From the human T2T-CHM13v2.0 reference genome, Homo sapiens, in assembly GCF_009914755.1 (NCBI RefSeq), contig NC_060948.1: a stretch of DNA of 64,000 bases; one strand, 5' to 3'. Of this stretch, positions 42,542-56,777 are shown one piece after another (positions within the stretch are counted from its first letter, which is position 1; every line of letters starts with the position of its first letter). The notes under the pieces were generated by a model. That model searched no databases. It was not told the DNA's origin and saw nothing but the letters and a program-made list of their open reading frames with translations. The translations under genes were made by a program, and so were the position numbers.

Positions 42542-45500
42542 AATTGATAGGAACGGAATGGAAAGGAATGCAATGATTTGGCACGGAATGGAATCGAATG
42601 GCATCGAACGGAATGGAATGGAATGCAATTGAATGGAACGTATTAGAATGTAATGAACTTTAATGGAATGTACTCGAATGGATTCGACTGGAATGGAATG
42701 TTCTGGAAGTGAATGGACTCCAATGGAATGGATTCAAAAGGAATGGAATCGTACGGAATGGAATCTAATGGAATGGAATTAAATGGAAATGAATCAAATT
42801 GAATAGCATGGAATTGAATTGAATGGAATCGAATGCAATGGAATCTAATGAAACGGAAAGGAAAGGAATGGAATGGAATGGAATGGGCTGGAATGGAAAG
42901 GAATCGAAACGAATGGAATGGAATCGAACTGACGAGACTGGAATGGAATGCACTGGAATGGAAGGGAGTGTAATGGAAGGTTCTCGAAAAAAATGGAATC
43001 GAATGGAATGGAATTGAATGGAACGGAATAGAGTCAAATGGATTTGAATGGAATGGAATGGACTAGAGTGAAATGGAATCGAACCACAAGGAATGGACAG
43101 GAATAGAATGGTCTCGAATTGAATGGAATCGTATGGAATGGCATCAAACGGAATGGAATGGACAGCCACGGAATGGAATGCACTCGAATGCAATGGAGTC
43201 GAAACTAATGGACTGGAATAGAATGGATTCGACTGGTACGGACTCCAATGGAATGGAATCGAATGGAAGGGAATCGAACGGAACGGACTCGAAGGAAAAA
43301 GACTGCAATGGAAAGGTCTCGAATGGAATGGAAATTAATGGAATGGAATGGAATCGAATGACATGGAGTCAAAAGGAATGGAATCGAATGGCAAGAAATC
43401 GAATGTAATGGAATCGCAAGGAATTGATGTGAACGGAACGGAATGGAATGGAATCCAAAGGAATGGAATAGAATGGAATGGAATCGAATGGAAAGGACTC
43501 GAATGGAAATCACTCGAATAGAATGCAATTTAATAAAATAGGATCAAATGTAATGGAATGGAATGGAAAGGAATCGAAAAGAAAGGAATGGAGACAGATG
43601 GAATGGAATGGAACAGAGAGCAATGGTATAGAATGGAATGGAATCATCAGGAATGGAATTGAATGGAATGGAATAATATGAAATGGAATGGAATGGAATG
43701 GAATGGAATGCCCTTGAATTAAATGGACTGGAATGGAATGGACTCGAACAGAGTGGAATGGAAAGTGTTGAGATAGAATGGAATGGACTCGTTTGGAATG
43801 GTCTAGTATGCAATGCAATCGACTGGCAGGGAATCAAAAGGAATGTAATGGAATGGATTGGACTGGAATGCAATGGACTCGAATAGATTGGAAACGGAAT
43901 GCAAAGGAATGGAATGGAATAGTATGGAATGGAATGGAAAGGAATGGAGTGGAATAGACTAGAGTGGAATGGAATGGACTGGAAAGCAATAGACTGGAAT
44001 GGAACATTCTTGAATGGACTGGAATCAAACGGAATGGAATGCAATGCAATCAAATGGCATGGAATAAAATAGAATGAAAGAGAATCAAATGGAATTGAAT
44101 CGAATGGAATCGAATGGATTGGAAAGGAATAGAATGGAATGGAATGGAATTGACTCAAATGGAATGGACTAGAATGGAATGGATTCGAATGGAAGGCAAA
44201 GGAATGGAATCTATTGGAATGGACTGGAATGGAATGGAAGGAATTGGAATGGACTCGAATGGAATGGACTGCAATAGAAAGGATTCGAATGGAATGAAAA
44301 AGAATTGAATGGAATAGAACAGAATGGAATCAAATCGAATGAAATGGAATGGAATAGAAAGGAATGGAATGAAATGGAATGGAAAGGATTCGAATGGAAT
44401 GCAATCGAATGGAATGGAATCGAACGGAATGGAATAAAATGGAAGAAAACTGGCAAGAAATGGAATCGAAATGAATGGAGTGTTATGGAACGGACTCAAA
44501 AGGAATTGAATGTAATAGAATGGAGTGGAGTGGACTCGAATATAATGGACTGGAATGGAATGAAATCACATGGAATGGGAACGAATGGAATGGAATGGAA
44601 AGGAATGGAATCGAATGGAAAGGAATCGAATGGAAGGGAATGAAATTGAATCAACAGGAATGGAAGGGAATAGAATAGACGGTAATGGAATGGACTCGAA
44701 TTGAATGGACACGAATGCTCAAATTGAATGGACAAGAATGGAATGGAAACGAAAGGAATGTCATCGAATGGAATTGAATCGATTGGAATGAAATCGCATA
44801 GAATGGAGTGGAATCAAATGGAATTGAATCGAAAGGAAAGGAAGCGAATGGACTGAAATGAAATGGAATGGAATTGAATGGAAAGTAACGCAATGGAATA
44901 GAATGGAACGAAATTTCACGGAATGGAATCAAACTGAATGGAATCAAATCAATGGAATCTAATCAAATGGAATGGAAAGGAATTGAATGGAGTAGATTGG
45001 ATTGGATGGGATTGGAATGAAATGTACTGGAAAGGACTCGAATTTCAAGAAACGGAATGGAATGAATTGGAACGGAATGGACTCGAAAGGAATGGAATGT
45101 CATGGAATGGCATCAAATGGAATGGCATCAAATGGAATGGAATCGAATGCAATGGAATGCTATGGAATGGAATGGAATGCATTGGAATGGAATGTCCTCT
45201 AATGGAATGGATTCGAGTGGAATGGAATCGAATATAATGGAGTCGAATGAAATGGAATTGAAAAGAATGGGATCGAATACAATGGAATATACTGGAATGT
45301 AATGTAATGAACTCGAATGTAATTGACTGGAATGGAATGTACATGAATGGAATGTAATCGAATGGAAAGTAATCCAATGGAATAGAAACTAATGCAATAA
45401 AATCGACTCAAATAGAGTAGAATGTAATGGAATGGAGTGCAGTGCAATGGAATGGAATGGAATGGAATGCAATGGAATGGAATGGAATGTTATGGAATGG

Positions 45501-46105
45501 AATGGAATGGATTGGAATGGGATGGAATGGTATGGAATGGATAGTAATGGACTGGAGTGAAATGGACTGGAAAGGAATGGACTCAAATTGTAAGGGCTCG
45601 AAAGGAATGGAGTCAAATGGAATAGTCTGGAATGGAATGAACACGAATGTAATGCAATCCAATAGAATGTAATCGAATGGCATGGAATATAAAGAAATGG
45701 AATCGAAGAGAATGGAAACAAATGGAATGGAATTGAATGGAATGGAATTGAATGGAATGGGAACGAATGGAGTGAAATTGTATGCAGTAGAAGAGAATAG
45801 AATGGAATGCAAGCGAAAGGAAAGGAATGGATTGGAATGGAATGGAATTCATTGGAATGGAAGGGAATGTAGTGTAATGGACAGGCCTGGAATAAAGTGG
45901 AATGCTACGGTCTCGAATGGAATAAAAATGTATGGAATGGAATGCAATGAAACGGAATCGAATGTCATAGAATGTAATGGAATGCAACAAAATGGAATCC
46001 AAAATCATTGACTGGAAAGGCTGGGTGTCGAAAGGAATTGACTCCAATGGAATGGAATCGAATGGAATGGAAGTGAATAGAATCGAACTAAATCGAATGG
46101 AATGG
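42542..46105 (+). repeat. DYZ1 unit U13 (3564 bp)
   Basis: Anchors 42542 and 46106; near-identical to U16. Confidence 0.9.
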
Positions 46106-49100
46106 AATTGATAGGAACGGAATGGAGAGGAATGCAATGATTTGGCATGGAATGCAATCGAATGGCATCGAATGGAATGGAATGGAATGCAATGGAATGG
46201 AATGTATTAGAATGTAATGAACTTTAATGGAATGTACTCGAATGGATTCGACTGGAATGGAATGTTCTGGAAGTGAATGGACTCCAATGGAATGGATTCA
46301 AAAGGAATGGAATCGTACGGAATGGAATCTAATGGAATGGAATTAAATGGAAATGAATCAAATTGAATAGCACGGAATTGAATTGAATGGAATGGAATGC
46401 AATGGAATCTAATGAAACGGAAAGGAAAGGAATGGAATGGAATGGAATGGGCTGGAATGGAAAGGAATCGAAACGAATGGAATGGAATCGAACTGAAGAG
46501 ACTGGAATGGAATGCACTGGAATGGAAGGGAGTGTAATGGAAGGTTCTCGAAAAAAATGGAATCGAATGGAATGGAATTGAATGGAACGGAATAGAGTCG
46601 AATGGAATTGAATGGAATGGAATGGACTAGAGTGAAATGGAATCGAACCACAAGGAATGGACAGGAATAGAATGGTCTCGAATTGAATGGAATCGTATGG
46701 AATGGCATCAAACGGAATGGAATGGACAGCCACGGAATGGAATGCACTCGAATGCAATGGAGTCGAAACTAATGGACTGGAATAGAATGGACTCGACTGG
46801 TACGGACTCCAATGGAATGGAATCGAATGGAAGGGAATCGAACGGAATGGACTCGAAGGGAAAAGACTGCAATGGAAAGGTCTCGAATATAATGGAAATT
46901 AATGGAATGGAATGGAATCGAATGAAATGGAGTCAAAAGGAATGGAATCGAATGGCAAGAAATCGAATGTAATGGAATCGCAAGGAATTGATGTGAACGG
47001 AACGGAATGGAATGGAATCCAAAGGAATGGAATAGAATGGAATGGAATCGAATGGAAAGGACTCGAATGGAAATCACTCGAATAGAATGCAATTTAATAA
47101 AATAGGATCAAATGTAATGGAATGGAATGGAAAGGAATCGAAACGAAAGGAATGGAGACAGATGGAATGGAATGGAACAGAGAGCAATGGTATAGAATGG
47201 AATGGAATCATCTGGAATGGAATTGAATGGAATGGAATAATATGAAATGGAATGGAATGGAATGGAATGGAATGCCCTTGAATTAAATGGACTGGAATGG
47301 AATGGACTCGAACAGAGTGGAATGGAAAGTGTTGAGATAGAATGGAATGGACTCGTTTGGAATGGTCTAGTATGCAATGCAATCGACTGGCAGGGAATCA
47401 AAAGGAATGTAATGGAATGGATTGGACTGGAATGCAATGGACTCGAATAGATTGGAAACGGAATGCAAAGGAATGGAATGGAATAGTATGGAATGGAATG
47501 GAAAGGAATGGAGTGGAATAGACTAGAGTGGAATGGAATGGACTGGAAAGCAATAGACTGGAATGGAACTTTCTTGAATGGACTGGAATCAAACGGAATG
47601 GAATGCAATGCAATCAAATGGCATGGAATAAAATAGAATGAAAGAGAATCAAATGGAATTGAATCGAATGGAATCGAATGGATTGGAAAGGAATAGAATG
47701 GAATGGAATGGAATGGACTCAAATGGAATGGACTAGAATGGAATGGATTCGAATGGAAGGCAAAGGAATGGAATCTATTGGAATGGACTGTAATGGAATG
47801 GAATGGAAGGGATTGGAATGGACTCGAATGGAATGGACTGCAATAGAAAGGATTCGAATGGAATGAAAAAGAATTGAATGGAATAGAACAGAATGGAATC
47901 AAATCGAATGAAATGGAGTGGAATAGAAAGGAATGGAATGAAATGGAATGGAAAGGATTCGAATGGAATGCAATCGAATGGAATGGAATCGAACGGAATG
48001 GAATAAAATGGAAGAAAACTGGCAAGAAATGGAATCGAAATGAATGGAGTGTTATGGAACGGACTCAAAAGGAATTGAATGTAATAGAATGGAGTGGAGT
48101 GGACTCGAATATAATGGACTGGAATGGAATGAAATCACATGGAATGGGAACGAATGGAATGGAATGGAAAGGAATGGAATCGAATGGAAAGGAATCGAAT
48201 GGAAGGGAATGAAATTGAATCAACAGGAATGGAAGGGAATAGAATAGACGGTAATGGAATGGACTCGAATTGAATGGACACGAATGCTCAAATTGAATGG
48301 ACTCGAATGGAATGGAAACGAAAGGAATGTCATCGAATGGAATTGAATCGATTGGAATGAAATCGCATAGAATGGAGTGGAATCAAATGGAATTGAATCG
48401 AAAGGAAAGGAAGCGAATGGACTGAAATGAAATGGAATGGAATTGAATGGAAAGTAATGCAATGGAATAGAATGGAACGAAATTTCACGGAATGGAATCA
48501 AACTGAATGGAATCAAATCAATGGAATCTAATCAAATGGAATGGAAAGGAATTGAATGGAGTAGATTGGATTGGATGGGATTGGAATGAAATGTACTGGA
48601 AAGGACTCGAATTTCATGAAACGGAATGGAATGAATTGGAACGGAATGGACTCGAATGGAATGGAATGTCATGGAATGGCATCAAATGGAATGGCATCAA
48701 ATGGAATGGAATCGAATGCAATGGAATGCTATGGAATGGAATGGAATGCATTGGAATGGAATGTCCTCTAATGGAATGGATTCGAGTGGAATGGAATCGA
48801 ATATAATGGAGTCGAATGAAATGGAATTGAAAAGAATGGGATCGAATACAATGGAATATACTGGAATGTAATGTAATGAACTCGAATGTAATTCACTGGA
48901 ATGGAATGTACATGAATGGAATGTAATCGAATGGAAAGTAATCCAATGGAATAGAAACTAATGCAATAAAATCGACTCAAATAGAGTAGAATGTAATGGA
49001 ATGGAGTGCAGTGCAATGGAATGGAATGGAATAGAATGCAATGGAATGGAATGGAATGTTATGGAATGGAATGGAATGGATTGGAATGGGATGGAATGGT

Positions 49101-49674
49101 ATGGAATGGATAGTAATGGACTGGAGTGAAATGGACTGGAAAGGAATGGACACAAATTGAAAGGGCTCGAAAGGAATGGAGTCAAATGGAATAGTCTGGA
49201 ATGGAATGAACACGAATGTAATGCAATCCAATAGAATGTAATCGAATGGCATGGAATATAAAGAAATGGAATCGAAGAGAATGGAAACAAATGGAATGGA
49301 ATTGAATGGAATGGAATTGAATGGAATGGGAACGAATGGAGTGAAATTGTATGCAGTAGAAGAGAATAGAATGGAATGCATGCGAAAGGAAAGGAATGGA
49401 TTGGAATAGAATGGAATTCATTGGAATGGAAGGGAATGTAGTGTAATGGACAGGCCTGGAATAAAGTGGAATGCTACGGTCTCGAATGGAATAAAAATGT
49501 ATGGAATGGAATGCAATGAAAGGGAATCGAATGTTATAGAATGTAATGGAATGCAAAAAAATGGAATCCAAAATCATTGACTGGAAAGGCTGGGTGTCGA
49601 AAGGAATTGACTCCAATGGAATGGAATCGAATGGAATGGAAGTGAATAGAATCGAACTAAATCGAATGGAATGG
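46106..49674 (+). repeat. DYZ1 unit U14 (3569 bp)
   Basis: Anchors 46106 and 49675 (the latter is the variant AACTGATAGG). Confidence 0.9.
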
Positions 49675-52600
49675 AACTGATAGGAACGGAATGGAGAGGA
49701 ATGCAATGATTTGGCATGGAATGCAATCGAATGGCATCGAATGGAATGGAATGGAATGCAATGGAATGGAATGTATTAGAATGTAATGAACTTTAATGGA
49801 ATGTACTCGAATGGATTCGACTGGAATGGAATGTTCTGGAAGTGAATGGACTCCAATGGAATGGATTCCAAAGGAATGGAATCGTACGGAATGGAATCTA
49901 ATGGAATGGAACTAAATGGAAATGAATCAAATTGAATAGCACGGAATTGAATTGAATGGAATGGAATGCAATGGAATCTAATGAAACGGAAAGGAAAGGA
50001 ATGGAATGGAATGGAATGGGCTGGAATGGAAAGGAATCGAAACGAATGGAATGGAATCGAACTGAAGAGACTGGAATGGAATGCACTGGAATGGAAGGGA
50101 GTGTAATGGAAGGTTCTCGAAAAAAATGGAATCGAATGGAATGGAATTGAATGGAACGGAATAGAGTCGAATGGAATTGAATGGAATGGAATGGACTAGA
50201 GTGAAATGGAATCGAACCACAAGGAATGGACAGGAATAGAATGGTCTCGAATTGAATGGAATCGTATGGAATGGCATCAAACGGAATGGAATGGACAGCC
50301 ACGGAATGGAATGCACTCGAATGCAATGGAGTCGAAACTAATGGACTGGAATAGAATGGACTCGACTGGTACGGACTCCAATGGAATGGAATCGAATGGA
50401 AGGGAATCGAACGGAATGGACTCAAAGGGAAAAGACTGCAATGGAAAGGTCTCGAATGGAATGGAAATTAATGGAATGGAATGGAATCGAATGAAATGGA
50501 GTCAAAAGGAATGGAATCGAATGGCAAGAAATCGAATGTAATGGAATCGCAAGGAATTGATGTGAACGGAACGGAATGGAATGGAATCCAAAGGAATGGA
50601 ATAGAATGGAATGGAATCGAATGGAAAGGACTCGAATGGAAATCACTCGAATAGAATGCAATTTAATAAAATAGGATCAAATGTAATGGAATGGAATGGA
50701 AAGGAATCGAAACGAAAGGAATGGAGACAGATGGAATGGAATGGAACAGAGAGCAATGGTATAGAATGGAATGGAATCATCTGGAATGGAATTGAATGGA
50801 ATGGAATAATATGAAATGGAATGGAATGGAATGGAATGGAATGCCCTTGAATTAAATGGACTGGAATGGAATGGACTCGAACAGAGTGGAATGGAAAGTG
50901 TTGAAATAGAATGGAATGGACTCGTTTGGAATGGTCTAGTATGCAATGCAATCGACTGGCAGGGAATCAAAAGGAATGTAATCGAATGGATTGGACTGGA
51001 ATGCAATGGACTCGAATAGATTGGAAACGGAAAGCAAAGGAATGGAATGGAATAGTATGGAATGGAATGGAAAGGAATGGAGTGGAATAGACTAGAGTGG
51101 AATGGAATGGACTCGAAAGCAATGGACTGGAATGGAACTTTCTTGAATGGACTGGAATCAAACGGAATGGAATGCAATGCAATCAAATGGCATGGAATAA
51201 AATAGAATGAAAGAGAATCAAATGGAATTGAATCGAATGGAATCGAATGGATTGGAAAGGAATAGAATGGAATGGAATGGAATTGACTCAAATGGAATGG
51301 ACTAGAATGGAATGGATTCGAATGGAAGGCAAAGGAATGGAATCTATTGGAATGGACTGTAATGGAATGGAATGGAAGGGATTGGAATGGACTCGAATGG
51401 AATGGACTGCAATAGAAAGGATTCGAATGGAATGAAAAAGAATTGAATGGAATAGAACAGAATGGAATCAAATCGAATGAAATGGAATGGAATAGAAAGG
51501 AATGGAATGAAATGGAATGGAAAGGATTCGAATGGAATGCAATCGAATGGAATGGAATCGAACGGAATGGAATAAAATGGAAGAAAACTGGCAAGAAATG
51601 GAATCGAAATGAATGGAGTGTTATGGAACGGACTCAAAAGGAATTGAATGTAATAGAATGGAGTGGAGTGGACTCGAATATAATGGACTGGAATGGAATG
51701 AAATCACATGGAATGGGAACGAATGGAATGGAATGGAAAGGAATGGAATCGAATGGAAAGGAATCGAATGGAAGGGAATGAAATTGAATCAACAGGAATG
51801 GAAGGGAATAGAATAGACGGTAATGGAATGGACTCGAATAGAATGGACACGATTGCTGAAATTGAATGGACTCGAATGGAATGGAAACGAAAGGAATGTC
51901 ATCGAATGGAATTGAATCGATTGGAATGAAATCGCATAGAATGGAGTGGAATCAAATGGAATTGAATCGAAAGGAAAGGAAGCGAATGGACTGAAATGAA
52001 ATGGAATGGAATTGAATGGAAAGTAATGCAATGGAATAGAATGGAACGAAATTTCACGGAATGGAATAAAACTGAATGGAATCAAATCAATGGAATCCAA
52101 TCAAATGGAATGGAGTAGATTGGATTGGATGGGATTGGAATGAAATGTACTGGAAAGGACTCGAATTTCATGAAACGGAATGGAATGAATTGGAACGGAA
52201 TGGACTCGAATGGAATGGAATGTCATAGAATGGCATCAAATGGAATGGCATCAAATGGAATGGAATCGAATGCAATGGAATGCTATGGAATGGAATGGAA
52301 TGCATTGGAATGGAATGTCCTCTAATGGAATGGATTCGAGTGGAATGGAATCGAATATAATGGAGTCGAATGAAATGGAATTGAAAGGAATGGGATCGAA
52401 TACAATGGAATATACTGGAATGTAATGTAATGAACTCGAATGTAATTGACTGGAATGGAATGTACATGAATGGAATGTAATCGAATGGAAAGTCATCCAA
52501 TGGAATAGAATCTAATGCAATAAAATCGACTCAGATAGAGTAGAATGTAATGGAATGGAGTGCAGTGCAATGGAATGGAATGGAATGGAATGCAATGGAA

Positions 52601-53213
52601 TGGAATGGAATGGAATGGAATGGAATGGGATGGAATGGTATGGAATGGATGGTAATGGACTGGAGTGAAATGGACTGGAAAGGAATGGACTCAAATTGAA
52701 AGGGCTGGAAAGGAATGGAGTCAAATGGAATGGTCTGGAATGGAATGAACACGAAAGTAATGCAATCCAATAGAATGGAATCGAATGGCATGGAATATAA
52801 TGAAATGGAATCGAAGAGAATGGAAACAAATGGAATGGAATTGAATGGAATGGAATTGAATGGAATGGGAACGAATGGAGTGAAATTGTATGCAGTAGAA
52901 GGGAATAGAATGGAATGCAAGCGAAAGGAAAGGAATGGATTGGAAAGGAATGGAATTCATTGGAATGGAAGGGAATGTAGTGTAATGGACAGGCCTGGAA
53001 TAAAGTGGAATGCTACGGTCTCGAATGGAATAAAAATGTATGGAATGGAATGCAATGAAACGGAATCGAATGTCATAGAATGTAATGGAATGCAAAAAAC
53101 TGGAATCCAAAATCATTGACTGGAAAGGCTGGGTGTCGAAAGGAATTGACTCCAATGGAATGGAATCGAATGGAATGGAAGTGAATAGAATCGAACTAAA
53201 TCGAATGGAATGG
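49675..53213 (+). repeat. DYZ1 unit U15 (3539 bp)
   Basis: Anchors 49675 and 53214; 3' third matches U12. Confidence 0.9.
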
Positions 53214-56200
53214 AATTGATAGGAACGGAATGGAAAGGAATGCAATGATTTGGCACGGAATGGAATCGAATGGCATCGAACGGAATGGAATGGAATGCAA
53301 TTGAATGGAACGTATTAGAATGTAATGAACTTTAATGGAATGTACTCGAATGGATTCGACTGGAATGGAATGTTCTGGAAGTGAATGGACTCCAATGGAA
53401 TGGATTCAAAAGGAATGGAATCGTACGGAATGGAATCTAATGGAATGGAATTAAATGGAAATGAATCAAATTGAATAGCATGGAATTGAATTGAATGGAA
53501 TCGAATGCAATGGAATCTAATGAAACGGAAAGGAAAGGAATGGAATGGAATGGAATGGGCTGGAATGGAAAGGAATCGAAACGAATGGAATGGAATCGAA
53601 CTGACGAGACTGGAATGGAATGCACTGGAATGGAAGGGAGTGTAATGGAAGGTTCTCGAAAAAAATGGAATCGAATGGAATGGAATTGAATGGAACGGAA
53701 TAGAGTCAAATGGATTTGAATGGAATGGAATGGACTAGAGTGAAATGGAATCGAACCACAAGGAATGGACAGGAATAGAATGGTCTCGAATTGAATGGAA
53801 TCGTATGGAATGGCATCAAACGGAATGGAATGGACAGCCACGGAATGGAATGCACTCGAATGCAATGGAGTCGAAACTAATGGACTGGAATAGAATGGAT
53901 TCGACTGGTACGGACTCCAATGGAATGGAATCGAATGGAAGGGAATCGAACGGAACGGACTCGAAGGGAAAAGACTGCAATGGAAAGGTCTCGAATGGAA
54001 TGGAAATTAATGGAATGGAATGGAATCGAATGACATGGAGTCAAAAGGAATGGAATCGAATGGCAAGAAATCGAATGTAATGGAATCGCAAGGAATTGAT
54101 GTGAACGGAACGGAATGGAATGGAATCCAAAGGAATGGAATAGAATGGAATGGAATCGAATGGAAAGGACTCGAATGGAAATCACTCGAATAGAATGCAA
54201 TTTAATAAAATAGGATCAAATGTAATGGAATGGAATGGAAAGGAATCGAAACGAAAGGAATGGAGACAGATGGAATGGAATGGAACAGAGAGCAATGGTA
54301 TAGAATGGAATGGAATCATCAGGAATGGAATTGAATGGAATGGAATAATATGAAATGGAATGGAATGGAATGGAATGGAATGCCCTTGAATTAAATGGAC
54401 TGGAATGGAATGGACTCGAACAGAGTGGAATGGAAAGTGTTGAGATAGAATGGAATGGACTCGTTTGGAATGGTCTAGTATGCAATGCAATCGACTGGCA
54501 GGGAATCAAAAGGAATGTAATGGAATGGATTGGACTGGAATGCAATGGACTCGAATAGATTGGAAACGGAATGCAAAGGAATGGAATGGAATAGTATGGA
54601 ATGGAATGGAAAGGAATGGAGTGGAATAGACTAGAGTGGAATGGAATGGACTGGAAAGCAATAGACTGGAATGGAACATTCTTGAATGGACTGGAATCAA
54701 ACGGAATGGAATGCAATGCAATCAAATGGCATGGAATAAAATAGAATGAAAGAGAATCAAATGGAATTGAATCGAATGGAATCGAATGGATTGGAAAGGA
54801 ATAGAATGGAATGGAATGGAATTGACTCAAATGGAATGGACTAGAATGGAATGGATTCGAATGGAAGGCAAAGGAATGGAATCTATTGGAATGGACTGGA
54901 ATGGAATGGAAGGAATTGGAATGGACTCGAATGGAATGGACTGCAATAGAAAGGATTCGAATGGAATGAAAAATAATTGAATGGAATAGAACAGAATGGA
55001 ATCAAATCGAATGAAATGGAATGGAATAGAAAGGAATGGAATGAAATGGAATGGAAAGGATTCGAATGGAATGCAATCGAATGGAATGGAATCGAACGGA
55101 ATGGAATAAAATGGAAGAAAACTGGCAAGAAATGGAATCGAAATGAATGGAGTGTTATGGAACGGACTCAAAAGGAATTGAATGTAATAGAATGGAGTGG
55201 AGTGGACTCGAATATAATGGACTGGAATGGAATGAAATCACATGGAATGGGAACGAATGGAATGGAATGGAAAGGAATGGAATCGAATGGAAAGGAATCG
55301 AATGGAAGGGAATGAAATTGAATCAACAGAAATGGAAGGGAATAGAATAGACGGTAATGGAATGGACTCGAATTGAATGGACACGAATGCTCAAATTGAA
55401 TGGACAAGAATGGAATGGAAACGAAAGGAATGTCATCGAATGGAATTGAATCGATTGGAATGAAATCGCATAGAATGGAGTGGAATCAAATGGAATTGAA
55501 TCGAAAGGAAAGGAAGCGAATGGACTGAAATGAAATGGAATGGAATTGAATGGAAAGTAACGCAATGGAATAGAATGGAACGAAATTTCACGGAATGGAA
55601 TCAAACTGAATGGAATCAAATCAATGGAATCTAATCAAATGGAATGGAAAGGAATTGAATGGAGTAGATTGGATTGGATGGGATTGGAATGAAATGTACT
55701 GGAAAGGACTCGAATTTCAAGAAACGGAATGGAATGAATTGGAACGGAATGGACTCGAAAGGAATGGAATGTCATGGAATGGCATCAAATGGAATGGCAT
55801 CAAATGGAATGGAATCGAATGCAATGGAATGCTATGGAATGGAATGGAATGCATTGGAATGGAATGTCCTCTAATGGAATGGATTCGAGTGGAATGGAAT
55901 CGAATATAATGGAGTCGAATGAAATGGAATTGAAAAGAATGGGATCGAATACAATGGAATATACTGGAATGTAATGTAATGAACTCGAATGTAATTGACT
56001 GGAATGGAATGTACATGAATGGAATGTAATCGAATGGAAAGTAATCCAATGGAATAGAAACTAATGCAATAAAATCGACTCAAATAGAGTAGAATGTAAT
56101 GGAATGGAGTGCAGTGCAATGGAATGGAATGGAATGGAATGCAATGGAATGGAATGGAATGTTATGGAATGGAATGGAATGGATTGGAATGGGATGGAAT

Positions 56201-56777
56201 GGTATGGAATGGATAGTAATGGACTGGAGTGAAATGGACTGGAAAGGAATGGACTCAAATTGTAAGGGCTCGAAAGGAATGGAGTCAAATGGAATAGTCT
56301 GGAATGGAATGAACACGAATGTAATGCAATCCAATAGAATGTAATCGAATGGCATGGAATATAAAGAAATGGAATCGAAGAGAATGGAAACAAATGGAAT
56401 GGAATTGAATGGAATGGAATTGAATGGAATGGGAACGAATGGAGTGAAATTGTATGCAGTAGAAGAGAATAGAATGGAATGCAAGCGAAAGGAAAGGAAT
56501 GGATTGGAATGGAATGGAATTCATTGGAATGGAAGGGAATGTAGTGTAATGGACAGGCCTGGAATAAAGTGGAATGCTACGGTCTCGAATGGAATAAAAA
56601 TGTATGGAATGGAATGCAATGAAACGGAATCGAATGTCATAGAATGTAATGGAATGCAACAAAATGGAATCCAAAATCATTGACTGGAAAGGCTGGGTGT
56701 CGAAAGGAATTGACTCCAATGGAATGGAATCGAATGGAATGGAAGTGAATAGAATCGAACTAAATCGAATGGAATGG
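53214..56777 (+). repeat. DYZ1 unit U16 (3564 bp)
   Basis: Anchors 53214 and 56778; offset 10672 bp from U13. Confidence 0.9.
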
